IMG/VR virus record: IMGVR_UViG_3300036987_000048
Coordinates: 1-41,114 of that record
DNA: 41,114 nt
Reading direction: 5' to 3' (one strand)
Origin: a virus
Lineage: Duplodnaviria > Caudoviricetes
In this document: positions 15,112 through 26,215 of the stretch, piece after piece
Layout: every line of letters begins with the position of its first letter
Numbering within the stretch: position 1 is the first letter of the stretch
Notes under the pieces: model-generated
Databases searched by the model: none
The model's input: only the letters and a program-made list of their open reading frames with translations
Told to the model about the DNA's origin: nothing
Program-made: the position numbers and the translations under genes

Positions 15112-16839
15112 CTAATATCTTTGATATTTTGTTTTTCGTTCCAACACTTCTTGAGGGAGTCTTTGTTTGGCTCGCCTTAGAGTGTTTACTTCGCCTATGT
15201 CAAAATTCGAGTACCCCAATCTTGGAACCGGCTTCTTTGGTTGAGCAGAAAGGTTCTTGAGTATTGGGCTTGTTATTTCTGAAGGGAATACTTCACCTAT
15301 CGGCTCAATGGCTTTAAGTGGTCTCATTAGCGGAGACCTGGGAAGCGGTTGCTTAGTTATTGGCGGTTCGGGCATTCCCTGTAAATACTGTCCCGTTTTA
15401 CTGACTGGGGTAAATTGATTTCTAGTCATTAAAGTATCAACGTCTTTAAACATCTTTTTTACATAGGTGTCGGGGTTAAACATCTTTCTACGGAAAGCGT
15501 TAAGTCCTTCCATGAATGAAGCACCTGCTATTGTCGCCGGATTCATAGCAATCAATCCATGAACCAAGGCAGTTCCCGATGTAATATCGAAAAAGTTTGG
15601 CATATTTCTTTCGCTCATGCTTGCGAAAGCGGCCTTGTTGGTTCCCTCCCTTAAAGACTTCACCGCGCCGTATCTGTTTTTAATAGCCTGATACCCAGCA
15701 CCCTCTGTGCTTTCAATGAGGTTATCAAGTTGCTTTCTCATCATACTTGCGACACCGGCATCAACACCGGCCTTGGAAGTTTCTAAGAAGTTAAGGTTTT
15801 TATTCATCAGCCTGTTATTGGCGTTTGCTATCCAGTCTTGCGCCGCTTGCGGTGACATGGTTTTTTTACCACTTCGCAATATCTCTTGAAGTTCTTGGGC
15901 GTGTGCTATGGTTGAAATACCGTCCTTGCTTTTCAAAAGGGATTCGTTTTTAAGAACCTCATCCAGTTGTTTGGCTATGGGTTCAAGGTCTAACTCCACA
16001 CCCTTCTTACCGGCAGACTTCATCAACGAATCATACTCTTGAAAAAGTCTTTTTTCTGTTTGATGGATTGCTTCCGCCATCTGCATCCTTGTAGCAGGTA
16101 AAGCACCAGTAACAACATCACCGACTTCGTTAGTCAGGTTTATACTTCCCTTATTGGAAACGATTTCCTTTATTCCGGTTTCGGCGTTATCAAAGTACCT
16201 CTGAATTAAAGGAAGTGTCTGCTTGCCCTTGGTCGAAGTCTTGATAGATTTATTGATGTTCTCCGTGACCACCTTTTTAATTTCTTGGTCAATCACAGAC
16301 TGTGGTTCGGGAATGACTTTATTAAAGAACTGAGCCGTGTCTTTGGCTACATTCAAGCCTTCTTTAGAAGCCGCCTTCGCACCCCTATATCCTAACTGGC
16401 CTCCCTTTCCGATAGGAAGTAGACCTCCTATATTTCCAGAGGACTTTAAAAACTGCGCTGATTCAGGAGAGGCTTCTTCAAGGGATTCCCACCCCTCTCC
16501 AAGTGTTTGTACGGTACTCTGAAAAGCGGGGCTTTGTGCTATATCTCTCCCCACAGAGGCAATGCTTTCTTGAGCCTTTTGAGGAACTAAGGACTGATAG
16601 GCACTTCTTAACCCATGACCGATGATGTCATTAATCCCACCCGCTACTTGTCCGGCTACGTTGTAACCATGTAGCATAGGATTTCCCGCGCTTTTCTGGT
16701 ACAGTTCTGGAGAGGTTATAGTGTTCCACCGTTCTTTTAAATCAGAACCGACATTGGATAAGAAACCTTTTTCTTGGGTGTCTTGTTGTTCGTAGGGATC
16801 AACCAAGCTGGTTTGTTCATAGGGGTCAATAAGAGGCAT
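15112..16839 (-). CDS. Internal virion / DNA ejection protein
   Basis: 575-aa helical, Ala/Gly-rich; third of three such genes after the tail genes. Confidence 0.6.
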   Translation of the reverse strand: MPLIDPYEQTSLVDPYEQQDTQEKGFLSNVGSDLKERWNTITSPELYQKSAGNPMLHGYNVAGQVAGGINDIIGHGLRSAYQSLVPQKAQESIASVGRDIAQSPAFQSTVQTLGEGWESLEEASPESAQFLKSSGNIGGLLPIGKGGQLGYRGAKAASKEGLNVAKDTAQFFNKVIPEPQSVIDQEIKKVVTENINKSIKTSTKGKQTLPLIQRYFDNAETGIKEIVSNKGSINLTNEVGDVVTGALPATRMQMAEAIHQTEKRLFQEYDSLMKSAGKKGVELDLEPIAKQLDEVLKNESLLKSKDGISTIAHAQELQEILRSGKKTMSPQAAQDWIANANNRLMNKNLNFLETSKAGVDAGVASMMRKQLDNLIESTEGAGYQAIKNRYGAVKSLREGTNKAAFASMSERNMPNFFDITSGTALVHGLIAMNPATIAGASFMEGLNAFRRKMFNPDTYVKKMFKDVDTLMTRNQFTPVSKTGQYLQGMPEPPITKQPLPRSPLMRPLKAIEPIGEVFPSEITSPILKNLSAQPKKPVPRLGYSNFDIGEVNTLRRAKQRLPQEVLERKTKYQRY

Positions 16840-18353
16840 TATCTTATTCCTTTTTTATCGAGATAATCATTGATTTCTTTTTCGGATGCGGTCGGGTTAG
16901 CCTTTTTAAGGTCGGCAAAGTATTGATCTCTCGGCGGTTTATTATCACCAAACAAGATTTTATCTATGTCACGCCTTCCCTCTAGTTGCATCTTCCTCTC
17001 AAAATCTTCTTCCTGTTTTTCCGGGTCAAACTTTGTTACGGGCTGTTCTTTTACATACTGTAATCTTTCTCTATAGGCCTGTGACCTGTTTCTTAGACCT
17101 ACGTTAATGGCTTCAATCACAGCATCGAACTGTTGCCAGTTCTGTATAGCGTTTAAAAGTTTCTTGGCTTGTTCTTGCGCTCCCACTGTCAATTCCGCTG
17201 CTGTAATACCAGAACCTGCCATCATGTGTTTCATGGCTTCTGCCATACCGTCATAGGTCGCTATCTTGAATTTCTCTATTTCGGGGTCGCCTGTTTGCTG
17301 ATCCCAAGTCATAACAATTTTATTCAACGCCGGATATTTACTCCGCACATATTTCTTAGAAAGCATATTGGCGTAATCAAGGTTTCGTTTAGCTGTTTCT
17401 TCAAACGGCTTTAATTGATTTACGGTCTTTTCAAGGGCGTTTTGTGCCGACCGTTTAGACGCTATATTTAAATCAATCTGTGTTACATCAACGCCACGTT
17501 TCTGGAGTACTTTCGATACTTCTCTGGCTGTGTGCGCCCCACCCATGCCTTTTGCGACATTGCCTATCGTGTTCTTTCCTTGTTCAATCGCATCGGCAAG
17601 TTTTTCCATATCGTCTGGTTTAGTGGTTTTTCTCAAAACGGTAGCTTGAGATCCCTCTGTAACTGGCTCTAATGGGCCTCCGCTGTATTCCATCCCATTT
17701 CCATACAGCAACCTCCCCGTTGCCTTGTCTTCATAGACCGGTTGGTTTGTTTCTGGGTCAAATCCCTTTATTTTCGGTGCGGCCTTATACTGAGAATTAA
17801 ACGCCGTTTCGTATTTATTCAGTTCAGACATGAAAGCGTTTTGCTTTTGGCCTTCTTCAGCTAATGTACTCTGGTAGATACCTTGTGCGATCTTAAAGTG
17901 CTTCGGGTCAACGTCTTGTATCGTCCCAAAAGCCGGACGGTTGTTGTATAAGTATCGTTCCATCGCTTGTTGGGCTTTGTAATTAATATCAGCATTGGTG
18001 TAGTCTTCGCCGTATGCTTTAGCGAGCTTCTCTGAAAAATGCTTTCTTATGTTAGTCAGTTTATCCATGTAATCCATTTCCTCTGGAGAGGGCTGTGAAT
18101 TACTTGGAGGACGGACATCGGTATAGACTTGACCGGAATCTGCGTATTGAGGGTCAATCGGGGTATTGGTAAATGACGTTCCCATTTTCGCAGCGTCCTC
18201 TGGTTGATGACCGAACCATTCCGGTTTCTTGGGTAAAATACTATCGTCAACGTCCACAGGTACAAAGTCATAACCACCGCTTTCATTTTGGGTTATGTCC
18301 CCATGCTTGTTCTGTTGCATGAAATCATAAAGATCGCTTTTAGGTATCATCAC
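16839..18353 (-). CDS. Internal virion / DNA ejection protein
   Basis: 504-aa helical protein; position in module. Confidence 0.6.
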   Translation of the reverse strand: MMIPKSDLYDFMQQNKHGDITQNESGGYDFVPVDVDDSILPKKPEWFGHQPEDAAKMGTSFTNTPIDPQYADSGQVYTDVRPPSNSQPSPEEMDYMDKLTNIRKHFSEKLAKAYGEDYTNADINYKAQQAMERYLYNNRPAFGTIQDVDPKHFKIAQGIYQSTLAEEGQKQNAFMSELNKYETAFNSQYKAAPKIKGFDPETNQPVYEDKATGRLLYGNGMEYSGGPLEPVTEGSQATVLRKTTKPDDMEKLADAIEQGKNTIGNVAKGMGGAHTAREVSKVLQKRGVDVTQIDLNIASKRSAQNALEKTVNQLKPFEETAKRNLDYANMLSKKYVRSKYPALNKIVMTWDQQTGDPEIEKFKIATYDGMAEAMKHMMAGSGITAAELTVGAQEQAKKLLNAIQNWQQFDAVIEAINVGLRNRSQAYRERLQYVKEQPVTKFDPEKQEEDFERKMQLEGRRDIDKILFGDNKPPRDQYFADLKKANPTASEKEINDYLDKKGIR

Positions 18354-19255
18354 TTTTCTCCGTTCTTGAGATAATCCTTCACGGCAGCGTCATACTCCGC
18401 AAGCTGCTTCTGGAGGTTCCCCTGATACTGTGTCAAGTTCCATTGGTTCTGAGAGGAAGCACCGAACTGTGAAGCTGCGTTCTTGGATTGTGCGTTAGCG
18501 ATAGCCGTCTGGTAACGTGCCGTGTATTCCATCTTGGCAGCGTCAGAGAGGTCAGACCATTTCATCTTATACTTCTCAAACTGTGCCTCAAAGTTTCTCT
18601 GGGCAGCGTCCACGTTAGCCTGATAGTTCATCTTGGAAGCATCAGCGGAGGCTTGGAAGTTTGTCTTAGCGGCATCAGCCATTGTAGAATAACTGGTCTT
18701 GGCTGCGTCTGCTTCATAACCGTATTGAGTATTATACATCTCTCTTGCGCTCTTGGCTGCGCCCGTCATTACGCTCTGAAGTCCCTGTCCATACCCCGCA
18801 AGGGCTTCCCTAAGTGTCATTTTTTTGACGTTGGGATTATCAGAACCATTCACCATAGCTCTTTGAATGGCACTCCTTAGTCCCCTGATTCCCGCTGCGC
18901 TTTGCTGTTGAGTTAGAGCGTTTACCTTCCCTTCATCGTACTGTGGGGCGGTGTACGCTCCAATCGAATATGACGGGGCTGTGTAAGCCTCAGGTGGGGT
19001 GTAGGTCGGGGCTTCTCCTAATTTAGAACCAATGTCCGGCATCTGAAATGTAGGGGCGGAAACGGTTGTCGGTTGATAGGTCGAAACTGAATTACCTGCA
19101 CCTGAACTTGGCATAAACGACCCGACTACATTCCCAGACTGACCATCCATTTTCGGGACACCAGATTCTCCAGATTGTTTCGGGCCGCCAACTCCCAGAA
19201 AGTGTAGGTTTGGACTGCCCGGAGAGGCTCCCCAAATTATATCATTGCCTATCAT
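18350..19255 (-). CDS. Internal virion / pilot-like protein with 11-aa repeats
   Basis: Ser/Gly/Pro-rich N-terminus; ADAAK/ADASK/VDAAQ repeats at 11-aa spacing. Confidence 0.6.
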   Translation of the reverse strand: MIGNDIIWGASPGSPNLHFLGVGGPKQSGESGVPKMDGQSGNVVGSFMPSSGAGNSVSTYQPTTVSAPTFQMPDIGSKLGEAPTYTPPEAYTAPSYSIGAYTAPQYDEGKVNALTQQQSAAGIRGLRSAIQRAMVNGSDNPNVKKMTLREALAGYGQGLQSVMTGAAKSAREMYNTQYGYEADAAKTSYSTMADAAKTNFQASADASKMNYQANVDAAQRNFEAQFEKYKMKWSDLSDAAKMEYTARYQTAIANAQSKNAASQFGASSQNQWNLTQYQGNLQKQLAEYDAAVKDYLKNGEK

Positions 19256-19392
19256 AATCCCCCCTGTATCATTAATGAAATTCTAAATTGCTTTTGTTTA
19301 AGCCTGGGGTCTGTTTTGATTCTATCTGTCCTTTCTTTTTTGAAAGGTTTTGTAAAATCTTCCCGTTTAAAACCGTATTTATTGTTCGACAT
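19252..19392 (-). CDS. 46-aa basic hypothetical protein (not in ORF track)
   Basis: MSNNKYGFKREDF...; fills the gap and is ATGA-coupled to the next gene. Confidence 0.4.
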   Translation of the reverse strand: MSNNKYGFKREDFTKPFKKERTDRIKTDPRLKQKQFRISLMIQGGL

Positions 19393-22300
19393 ATTCTTCT
19401 ATCCTCAATCCGTAATCCAGCGGATAAAACGATTCATCTGCTGTATTATGGGACAACTTAACGCTTATGTTCTGGTTGACCTGATTTAAGTTAATCCTGT
19501 GCCTTCGTATTCTGTCGTTGGTGTGTTCTGCCGTGAGAGAAAGGGTTTTCGCCAAAGAGGTCTGCTCCACTCCGTTGTAGTAAACACCTATGGTAGCGTT
19601 GCCTGTCTGGGTCTTAAACCTTGCTATCATTTCACCGTTTCTGATGATTTTCCCGTTGGCGTTAATCTCAAGGGTCACATAAGAATTGACAGCGGTTGTG
19701 ATGTCATTCGTGCCGCTGTTTAAAACATAAACCGTGCCATCGGCCTGTCCACCGGCTAACCTAGTGGTTGGGATGTTGCCTGATGCGGAGTCACATTCAC
19801 ACTCACACGCAAAATTATTGGCGTAAGTGTCTGCCATGAACTCTCCCAATAGAAGGTCATACACCAAAAAGACATTATTATTCGTGGCAGAACTTCCGGT
19901 CGTTAAACCGATTTTAAGGACTTTGAATTGAGAATCAAATTTAAGATACATTTTCGATTCGTAACCCGTTCTGATACAGGTTGAACTTGAAGGGTCAAAA
20001 TAGTTTTTTATTTTCTCAAATCCTTTGACAAAGTTGACACCCTTGCCATCAGTAAACAGTATCCCTTCTCTTGAAAGGATATAAGCCCTGTGACCACCCT
20101 CTATGTGTTCAATGACTTCCATAGACTGAGAGTTCATGCACCCGTATCTTGAAGAAACAACCGTGGTCTCTCCGACTATTCCCGTTTCTGCGGGTTTCTG
20201 GAGAATAGTTAAACACCCACCCGAAGCACCCTTTTCTTCTTGTGCGATTAAAAGAGCGTCATGGAACGGTTTCATACAAACGACTTTATTTGATCTTCCG
20301 TCACCCATCGCAAACATAGCCGAATCAGATGAAGATAAGACTTGAGGTTGGTTTTGGGCAGATAAAACAATCCATGAAGGATTTTTGTCAAACACATAAA
20401 CCATTCTGTTGTCCCACGCGGCGTTACAAATACCCATTCCGTAGGCTGTAATATCAAAGTAAGGAATAACCTGTATTCCAATAGAAATAGTAGCAGAGAG
20501 GGTTTTATCTACTGTAAATCTGTACCAGTAAGAAGAATACGGGCTTCCCTGAAACGTATTCGGTCGAATGTCTGATTGACGGGTAAACATCACAAAACCG
20601 GATTTACTGATTCCAGAAGTCCCGTCCGTAAAACTTCCTACGGTAGTCCACGTCCCTGAAGGTGGTAGGTACTGGACGGCGTTAATCGTAGTGGTTGCGG
20701 TTGTGTTCGGAGTAGAACCTACGTCTATGTAGAATCCTACTATCGGGTCTGGTGAATTAAAGTAAACATGATTACTCGAAGTCATCCCTCCTATTGAAAT
20801 ATCGCTCGTCCCATAGACGTAATACTGATTCGTGTTCCCTCCTGATTTTCTTTGCTGTATGGGGGCTATGGGGCCGGTAGATGAACCACCCGTAGAAGCG
20901 GGAAGATAAAGCCTCTCTAACCCCAAGAAGCTGTTTTTGGTATATGAAGCCGTTGCCGAAACATAATGATACGCTTCTACTGCGTCCACTAAAACACCGT
21001 CCCACATATCTGAAAGGTTCGCAAAACCAGACCCGTAAGTGACTTGGCTTATTTCGACTTCTGAATCCAGTTCAGCACTAAAAGAAATCTTCAACCACAT
21101 ACCGTTGGTTTCGTACATATAATAAGGCACTGCGTCCGTAGGCGTTGTCCAAGTGACTGACCCTGTTTGAGCGAGCGTTTTTGAACTGGAAGAAGTTCCG
21201 TCTGTGATGGTGAGACTTTTCCACCCCGTAGTCGAGTAATAATAGATACTCATTGTAGAAGTGTTGGCGTTGGCGGACGAAACGGTAAAAGTAATTTTGT
21301 TCGGAGTTACGGGAGCGCACAGTAAAAGGCAATCGTGAGAAGTTTGTATCATCCCACCGGAAAACGAAGCACTCCAAGCGGTAACCACCGTTGCTGTGGT
21401 AGCACTGGTGACAGACGCTATTGTGTTGTCTTCAGCACCACCGGTGAGGGTAGCTGAAGCAAACGCTAAGTAAGTTCCCGTTTCAGTTGTTTCAATCGTA
21501 TTACTGGCGGCACCGGATGTCAATGACCATACATATACTGCGGCATTAGTACCAGAGTTGTAAGCGGTGACTTGGGTATGGGCGGCGGCGCATTGATATA
21601 AAGAACCATTACCGTCACCGTGGGTTATTGCCCTGTATAGATTTAAAGCAGAAGCGTTGGCATTAGCACCTATTAAAACCTCTCCCTCTGCGGGAGTTAA
21701 GGTAGTCTTGTAAGTATAAACCTTATTTCCAATTGTGACTGTTTCGTTATTCTGTGCATACTGACCTGAGGTAATTGTGAACACACCCGATGCATATATT
21801 CTTATTTTATTGCCAACGGTCAAACCTTCTGTAAAATCAACCCCACCTGAAGAAGATAAAGTTAAATCGGTTCCACTTGCGGTTCCGCTGACTTTAATAG
21901 TTCGATAATTAGTGGTATCCATCCAGTTGAGCGCACCCAATGAATCCAAAACAGCAACCGTAGGGGCTGATGTATCATTGACTTCTTCTGTATAATCCGC
22001 ACCAATAGACGGAATGCCGGTTAGTTGTGTATCAGAATCATAAACGATAAACTTATCCACCGAATTTGCGTCACCGGCACAAATCTGATGCTGGTCAACT
22101 CCGTTGGAAAAGATACAAAAATCGTTAAAGGTTGACCACGACCCCGGAATGGGAGAACTCGAACCGCTAAACACTTCAGAACCAAAAACCCCCGTAGTAA
22201 CAGCCGGTGGAGCGTCTGTTGCTTCTAAAACATCGGAGTCGGTCATCTGGGCGTAGAAATGCCTTTCTGTTCTCTTTCCCTTAGAGAACTGATACATACT

Positions 22301-22498
22301 CATTACACCGTTTGTACCGTCTGCCGTGGAGTGTTTTTTAATATACCCCATTCTTTGTTTTAGTCCGGGGTACATCTGCCTCAAATTATTAACGGAAGAA
22401 TAGGAACCGGTCGGTAAAAGACCAGGTTCGTTAAATGTATTCATTCCGCCGATAAAGGGTGTGGTTTCCGGTTCGGTATGTTTTTTATTCTGCGCCAT
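19379..22498 (-). CDS. Tail tubular/stabilisation protein (P22 gp10 / T7 gp12-like) with inserted domains
   Basis: FIGGMN N-terminus, beta-propeller-like composition, ~1040 aa, follows the adaptor. Confidence 0.7.
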   Translation of the reverse strand: MAQNKKHTEPETTPFIGGMNTFNEPGLLPTGSYSSVNNLRQMYPGLKQRMGYIKKHSTADGTNGVMSMYQFSKGKRTERHFYAQMTDSDVLEATDAPPAVTTGVFGSEVFSGSSSPIPGSWSTFNDFCIFSNGVDQHQICAGDANSVDKFIVYDSDTQLTGIPSIGADYTEEVNDTSAPTVAVLDSLGALNWMDTTNYRTIKVSGTASGTDLTLSSSGGVDFTEGLTVGNKIRIYASGVFTITSGQYAQNNETVTIGNKVYTYKTTLTPAEGEVLIGANANASALNLYRAITHGDGNGSLYQCAAAHTQVTAYNSGTNAAVYVWSLTSGAASNTIETTETGTYLAFASATLTGGAEDNTIASVTSATTATVVTAWSASFSGGMIQTSHDCLLLCAPVTPNKITFTVSSANANTSTMSIYYYSTTGWKSLTITDGTSSSSKTLAQTGSVTWTTPTDAVPYYMYETNGMWLKISFSAELDSEVEISQVTYGSGFANLSDMWDGVLVDAVEAYHYVSATASYTKNSFLGLERLYLPASTGGSSTGPIAPIQQRKSGGNTNQYYVYGTSDISIGGMTSSNHVYFNSPDPIVGFYIDVGSTPNTTATTTINAVQYLPPSGTWTTVGSFTDGTSGISKSGFVMFTRQSDIRPNTFQGSPYSSYWYRFTVDKTLSATISIGIQVIPYFDITAYGMGICNAAWDNRMVYVFDKNPSWIVLSAQNQPQVLSSSDSAMFAMGDGRSNKVVCMKPFHDALLIAQEEKGASGGCLTILQKPAETGIVGETTVVSSRYGCMNSQSMEVIEHIEGGHRAYILSREGILFTDGKGVNFVKGFEKIKNYFDPSSSTCIRTGYESKMYLKFDSQFKVLKIGLTTGSSATNNNVFLVYDLLLGEFMADTYANNFACECECDSASGNIPTTRLAGGQADGTVYVLNSGTNDITTAVNSYVTLEINANGKIIRNGEMIARFKTQTGNATIGVYYNGVEQTSLAKTLSLTAEHTNDRIRRHRINLNQVNQNISVKLSHNTADESFYPLDYGLRIEEYVEQ

Positions 22499-22500
22499 AA

Positions 22501-23346
22501 TTATAAATAAGGCTGAAACGAGTACCACAGTTCATCTTGTGATACGTCTTCAGTTCCTATAAATCCTCTTAGTGTTTCGATTAAATCTTCCCTGAAATTT
22601 GAAACCTCTGAAACCTTTATTTCCATTGGAGAGGGAACAGAGTCCTTCAGCATTAAGGTCGCTCTCCTTGAGATTAAATGATGGAACGGTTCAGGAAGTT
22701 CCGAGATAGTCCCGTAATACTTTGAGGCCGCACCTGTATTGGTAATGGTACAAACCCGTAAAGCTGAATAATCTGTTATGGTGTCATCCCATCCATCGGT
22801 GATGTTTTCTATCTTTACTCCGTTGTAGTAATCTGCGACTGGTTTAGCGGTGGTAGCTAAAGTCAGAGAGGTCGCAGCACCCGCACTTGACATACCCTGC
22901 GTCAAGTCAATGGGTGCTGAATAGTAATGAAAGGTTAAAGCCGAGCTACTGCCATCATCCCTCACGATTGTATTTCCGCTTCTGTAATAGAGATTGTCTG
23001 ACCCGCTTGAATTTGACAAACGCTTTACTTTGACGGAAATAGGATAAATCTTTTCACCATTGGAGTTGACTATATGAGATAATTTATATAAGTCAGAGGG
23101 AATGGTATAGACACCGCTAGAACCAGTCACAGCGGAGGAAGTTAAGAACAGTTCAGGCATTCTTTGAAACAGCATATTAAAGATGTATCTCTGCGCCTGA
23201 TTGATCTTCCGTACTATGTCTGTGTTGTCATACGCCCCTGAGGTATCGCTCCCCTGCATAAAAGCTGTGGAATACTCGTTTAAGTCAGTCCTGATTTCCT
23301 CAAGCATCGCATAACAGTTATGATGAATATACAGACTTTGTGGCAT
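22501..23346 (-). CDS. Head-tail adaptor-like protein
   Basis: INQAQR..YTIPSD..LPEPFHHLI pattern; position in module. Confidence 0.65.
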   Translation of the reverse strand: MPQSLYIHHNCYAMLEEIRTDLNEYSTAFMQGSDTSGAYDNTDIVRKINQAQRYIFNMLFQRMPELFLTSSAVTGSSGVYTIPSDLYKLSHIVNSNGEKIYPISVKVKRLSNSSGSDNLYYRSGNTIVRDDGSSSALTFHYYSAPIDLTQGMSSAGAATSLTLATTAKPVADYYNGVKIENITDGWDDTITDYSALRVCTITNTGAASKYYGTISELPEPFHHLISRRATLMLKDSVPSPMEIKVSEVSNFREDLIETLRGFIGTEDVSQDELWYSFQPYL

Positions 23347-23347
23347 T

Positions 23348-23959
23348 TTATTTATCCTTATGTTTATAGTTCATGTGTGACTTCATCATCTTCGCCATCA
23401 CCAATTCACCGCATACATCGCACTTGACTAAATCGGTCGGCTTTGCGGTTGAGATTCCACCGATCATCTGCTCGCTTAATTTGTTGACCATTTCAGTCAA
23501 CTTGGCGATTGCGTCCCCCTGTTCTTTGAGCTGTCTGTCCTTGTCCTCGTTGTCCTTGCTGAGTTGCGCTACTACTGCTTTTTCGCCCTCTACCATTGAG
23601 TAAGGTTGTAACAGGGCTATTCCAAGTTCCGCTGCGTATCTTTTAACTTCTTTTGTCGGAACGTCATACGGTTGTCCCGAAGCCTTCCGTGTTTCGTTTC
23701 GGTAGTTATAGGTGTTGATCTGCCGTATTCTGAACTCTTTGTTCCTCTCAATGGCATCGGCTTCGATTTTGTCCTCATCAATAGACTTTCCATCGTCATC
23801 AAAAACCAACTTCGTCAATCCTCTTGAACCCAGTGCGTTTAAGGCGTGATTGCCTTCAGGTTCTTTTACTTTCTTGCGGGTTTTAGCTTTGAGCGTGTAA
23901 CTCAGCCCCCCGTAAGTGTAGTCTAAGTCTTCGTGTGTCGGGTTCCATAGAAATATCAT
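23348..23959 (-). CDS. Hypothetical protein with coiled coil and C-terminal C2H2-like zinc finger
   Basis: AAGGAG SD before ATG 23959; CDVCG..SHMNYKH. Confidence 0.7.
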   Translation of the reverse strand: MIFLWNPTHEDLDYTYGGLSYTLKAKTRKKVKEPEGNHALNALGSRGLTKLVFDDDGKSIDEDKIEADAIERNKEFRIRQINTYNYRNETRKASGQPYDVPTKEVKRYAAELGIALLQPYSMVEGEKAVVAQLSKDNEDKDRQLKEQGDAIAKLTEMVNKLSEQMIGGISTAKPTDLVKCDVCGELVMAKMMKSHMNYKHKDK

Positions 23960-25631
23960 TTCGATCTCCTTTTCTGTATGAACAATCCGCTTCGCAAGAC
24001 TGTTCATCAAATTGTTTAACGGTTAAAATCACTTCTTCCACTTCTGGAAGGTACTCCTCGATTTTATGTCCTTTGGGGATGTCTTTATTTAAGACGATTT
24101 CTCTGCCGTCACCCACATAGAAATTGTCGTCTTCAATTAATTTATTATAGAGGGCTTTCGCTTTATAGTTCTTTGAACCGTTCCTGAACGGCATGATATG
24201 GTCAGGGTGCTTACAGGTCGGTATCAAGATTAAGTTATTATCAAATGCCCCAGCAACGTGAACCGGCATGGAATCGTTTGTAATGAGCGTCTTGGCTTTG
24301 GAGATTAAGGCAAACAGTTCCTTGAGTTCTAATTTGTCTCTGAAGTCCACACACCCCTCTGCATTAACAGGTAAGTAGGTATGCGGGATGAGGTGTTGCT
24401 CCATGCTTAAATCTTTTCCGATAATCCCGACTTTAAATCCTTCTTCCTTGAGCCGGTCTATGATAGACTGCCAGTATTCTGTCGGGAAAGTTTTGGACTC
24501 CCACCCCGCCCCAGGATGTACCAAAACCAGTTCTTCCAAGTTCTTGTAAATGTCCCTGCATTTTTCAAGGTGCTTGCGTTTGTAGTCTAACTTGATCTGT
24601 TTGTCTTGATCGGGCAGTTGTCTTCCAAGAGCCTTTTGAGAAGTCCAATCCACACAATGTGTATAATTAAACGGAACGTAGTTTCCAAATTCTTCCCAAG
24701 GTGTCTGGTGGGTGTTGATTTCCATAACAGCGTCCAGTTCGACTTTGGGGTAGTCTTTTGAAAGATGAAGTCCGTCTATGTGGTCGTAAACCTCACAATC
24801 CTTGCTCATTAAGTAAATGTTGGCATCGTGGTACATTCTTTGCTTAATGTAACGAATAACGGGTTCAGTAGAGATAACATCTCCCAGCCCACCCAACGCC
24901 CACACAAAGATATTCTTTTTGTACTTGTAGTGCGGTTTGTCCTTTTCCCACAGAGCAATATCCCTATCCATTTTCTCAAAGAGTCTGTCCCCGTCTCCGG
25001 CGTAGTGAATGAAATAAGAATCCAGTCTCGTCATGCCGGTAATTCTGTCCATGATGGACATTCGGTTGAATTTGTAATCCAACTCAAAGACCTTGAATTT
25101 GGACATGAAGATTTTGTAATTTAAGAACGTCTGCTCCCCGAAATGATGTCTTAACGGTTTGATGGTTTCGATGATCTTAAAGATACTTCGATGCCCTCTG
25201 GAGCAAACCATAACCCCTGTGTTATAGTAGGACTTTCCATCATAGGTGAATTTATCCACCCCGTAATTAATCATCATATCCTGTGCGTACTTATTCATTA
25301 CTTCATAGATACACACATTTCTCGGAGTAAAGAGTCCTTCGTTGAAAATTCCGAACTCATCTTCAGGAACGACATCAAATAGGGATGGTGCGTCATCACG
25401 AATGATTATGTCAGCGTCAATGAAAGCAATTCTTTCAAAGTCCTTCTTGAGGAGTTCATAAAGCGAAAACTTTATCCAATGCGGAGAAGGTAAGGCAAGC
25501 CCGTCAGAACCATTGAGAACAATGAGTTCAGCATCGCATTTCTCGGCGTACTGAAGAAAGAACGGTTTGGTTCTCTCCCAAATCTTTTCGTATTTTTCGC
25601 CATTAACGATTGTCACAATTGCTTTAGTCAT
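23883..25631 (-). CDS. Bifunctional glycosyltransferase: GT-A (GT8-like) + GT9 (heptosyltransferase-like)
   Basis: N-terminal FIDADII..NTGV..EQTFLN..IHYAG; C-terminal GLGDVI..HPGAGWESK..ITNDSMPVHVAGA. Confidence 0.88.
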   Translation of the reverse strand: MTKAIVTIVNGEKYEKIWERTKPFFLQYAEKCDAELIVLNGSDGLALPSPHWIKFSLYELLKKDFERIAFIDADIIIRDDAPSLFDVVPEDEFGIFNEGLFTPRNVCIYEVMNKYAQDMMINYGVDKFTYDGKSYYNTGVMVCSRGHRSIFKIIETIKPLRHHFGEQTFLNYKIFMSKFKVFELDYKFNRMSIMDRITGMTRLDSYFIHYAGDGDRLFEKMDRDIALWEKDKPHYKYKKNIFVWALGGLGDVISTEPVIRYIKQRMYHDANIYLMSKDCEVYDHIDGLHLSKDYPKVELDAVMEINTHQTPWEEFGNYVPFNYTHCVDWTSQKALGRQLPDQDKQIKLDYKRKHLEKCRDIYKNLEELVLVHPGAGWESKTFPTEYWQSIIDRLKEEGFKVGIIGKDLSMEQHLIPHTYLPVNAEGCVDFRDKLELKELFALISKAKTLITNDSMPVHVAGAFDNNLILIPTCKHPDHIMPFRNGSKNYKAKALYNKLIEDDNFYVGDGREIVLNKDIPKGHKIEEYLPEVEEVILTVKQFDEQSCEADCSYRKGDRNDISMEPDTRRLRLHLRGAELHAQS

Positions 25632-25779
25632 TTAAAAAGGCTTCCTGTGCTTTTTTCCGTTTCTTCATCATTCGGGCAAGTTGGTACGCCGACCCGCTTC
25701 CCAAGTCTTCAGGTTTTGGGGTTTGGATTTCTTCTTTTATTTTTTGTTTGGCCTCTCTTAATCCCTTAAATATGTCCAC
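25624..25779 (-). CDS. 51-aa hypothetical protein (not in ORF track)
   Basis: GTG start; open frame overlapping both neighbours and filling the gap. Confidence 0.4.
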   Translation of the reverse strand: MDIFKGLREAKQKIKEEIQTPKPEDLGSGSAYQLARMMKKRKKAQEAFLND

Positions 25780-26215
25780 TAAACACCTGCCCTTTCGGTT
25801 TGTAGGCTACTTGCCTGAAAGCCGCTTTTTTCTTCCCTAATCCGTGTGCCTGTTGAAACGCACTCTGTAACTGAATCCTGTCCATGCGTGTCATGTGCCT
25901 GATGTTGTCTTTTGCCTTCTCCCTATCTCGGTCTATCGTAGTCGAAATTTCATAGGCTCTTTTTGCAAATTCAACTTCCGGCTTTCGATTAGTCATGTCC
26001 CCGTCATAGATGATTTTCAAATCCCTCATGTCGGGCTGCCTGAATCCACCGTCATCTGTTTTTACCATATGAAGATTGACGGGTTCTCCGTAGCCCCTGT
26101 TGTATCGAATGACAAAGTGTCCGTGTTCAGGTTTGAATACGCAGTCTAACCGCTTATCCAATGCTTTTAAGTTTCTTAAAAAGCCTCTTTCCGGTGTAAT
26201 CATTTTTGCTCCCAA
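25766..26215 (-). CDS. Hypothetical protein
   Basis: ORF in the late operon. Confidence 0.7.
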   Translation of the reverse strand: MGAKMITPERGFLRNLKALDKRLDCVFKPEHGHFVIRYNRGYGEPVNLHMVKTDDGGFRQPDMRDLKIIYDGDMTNRKPEVEFAKRAYEISTTIDRDREKAKDNIRHMTRMDRIQLQSAFQQAHGLGKKKAAFRQVAYKPKGQVFSGHI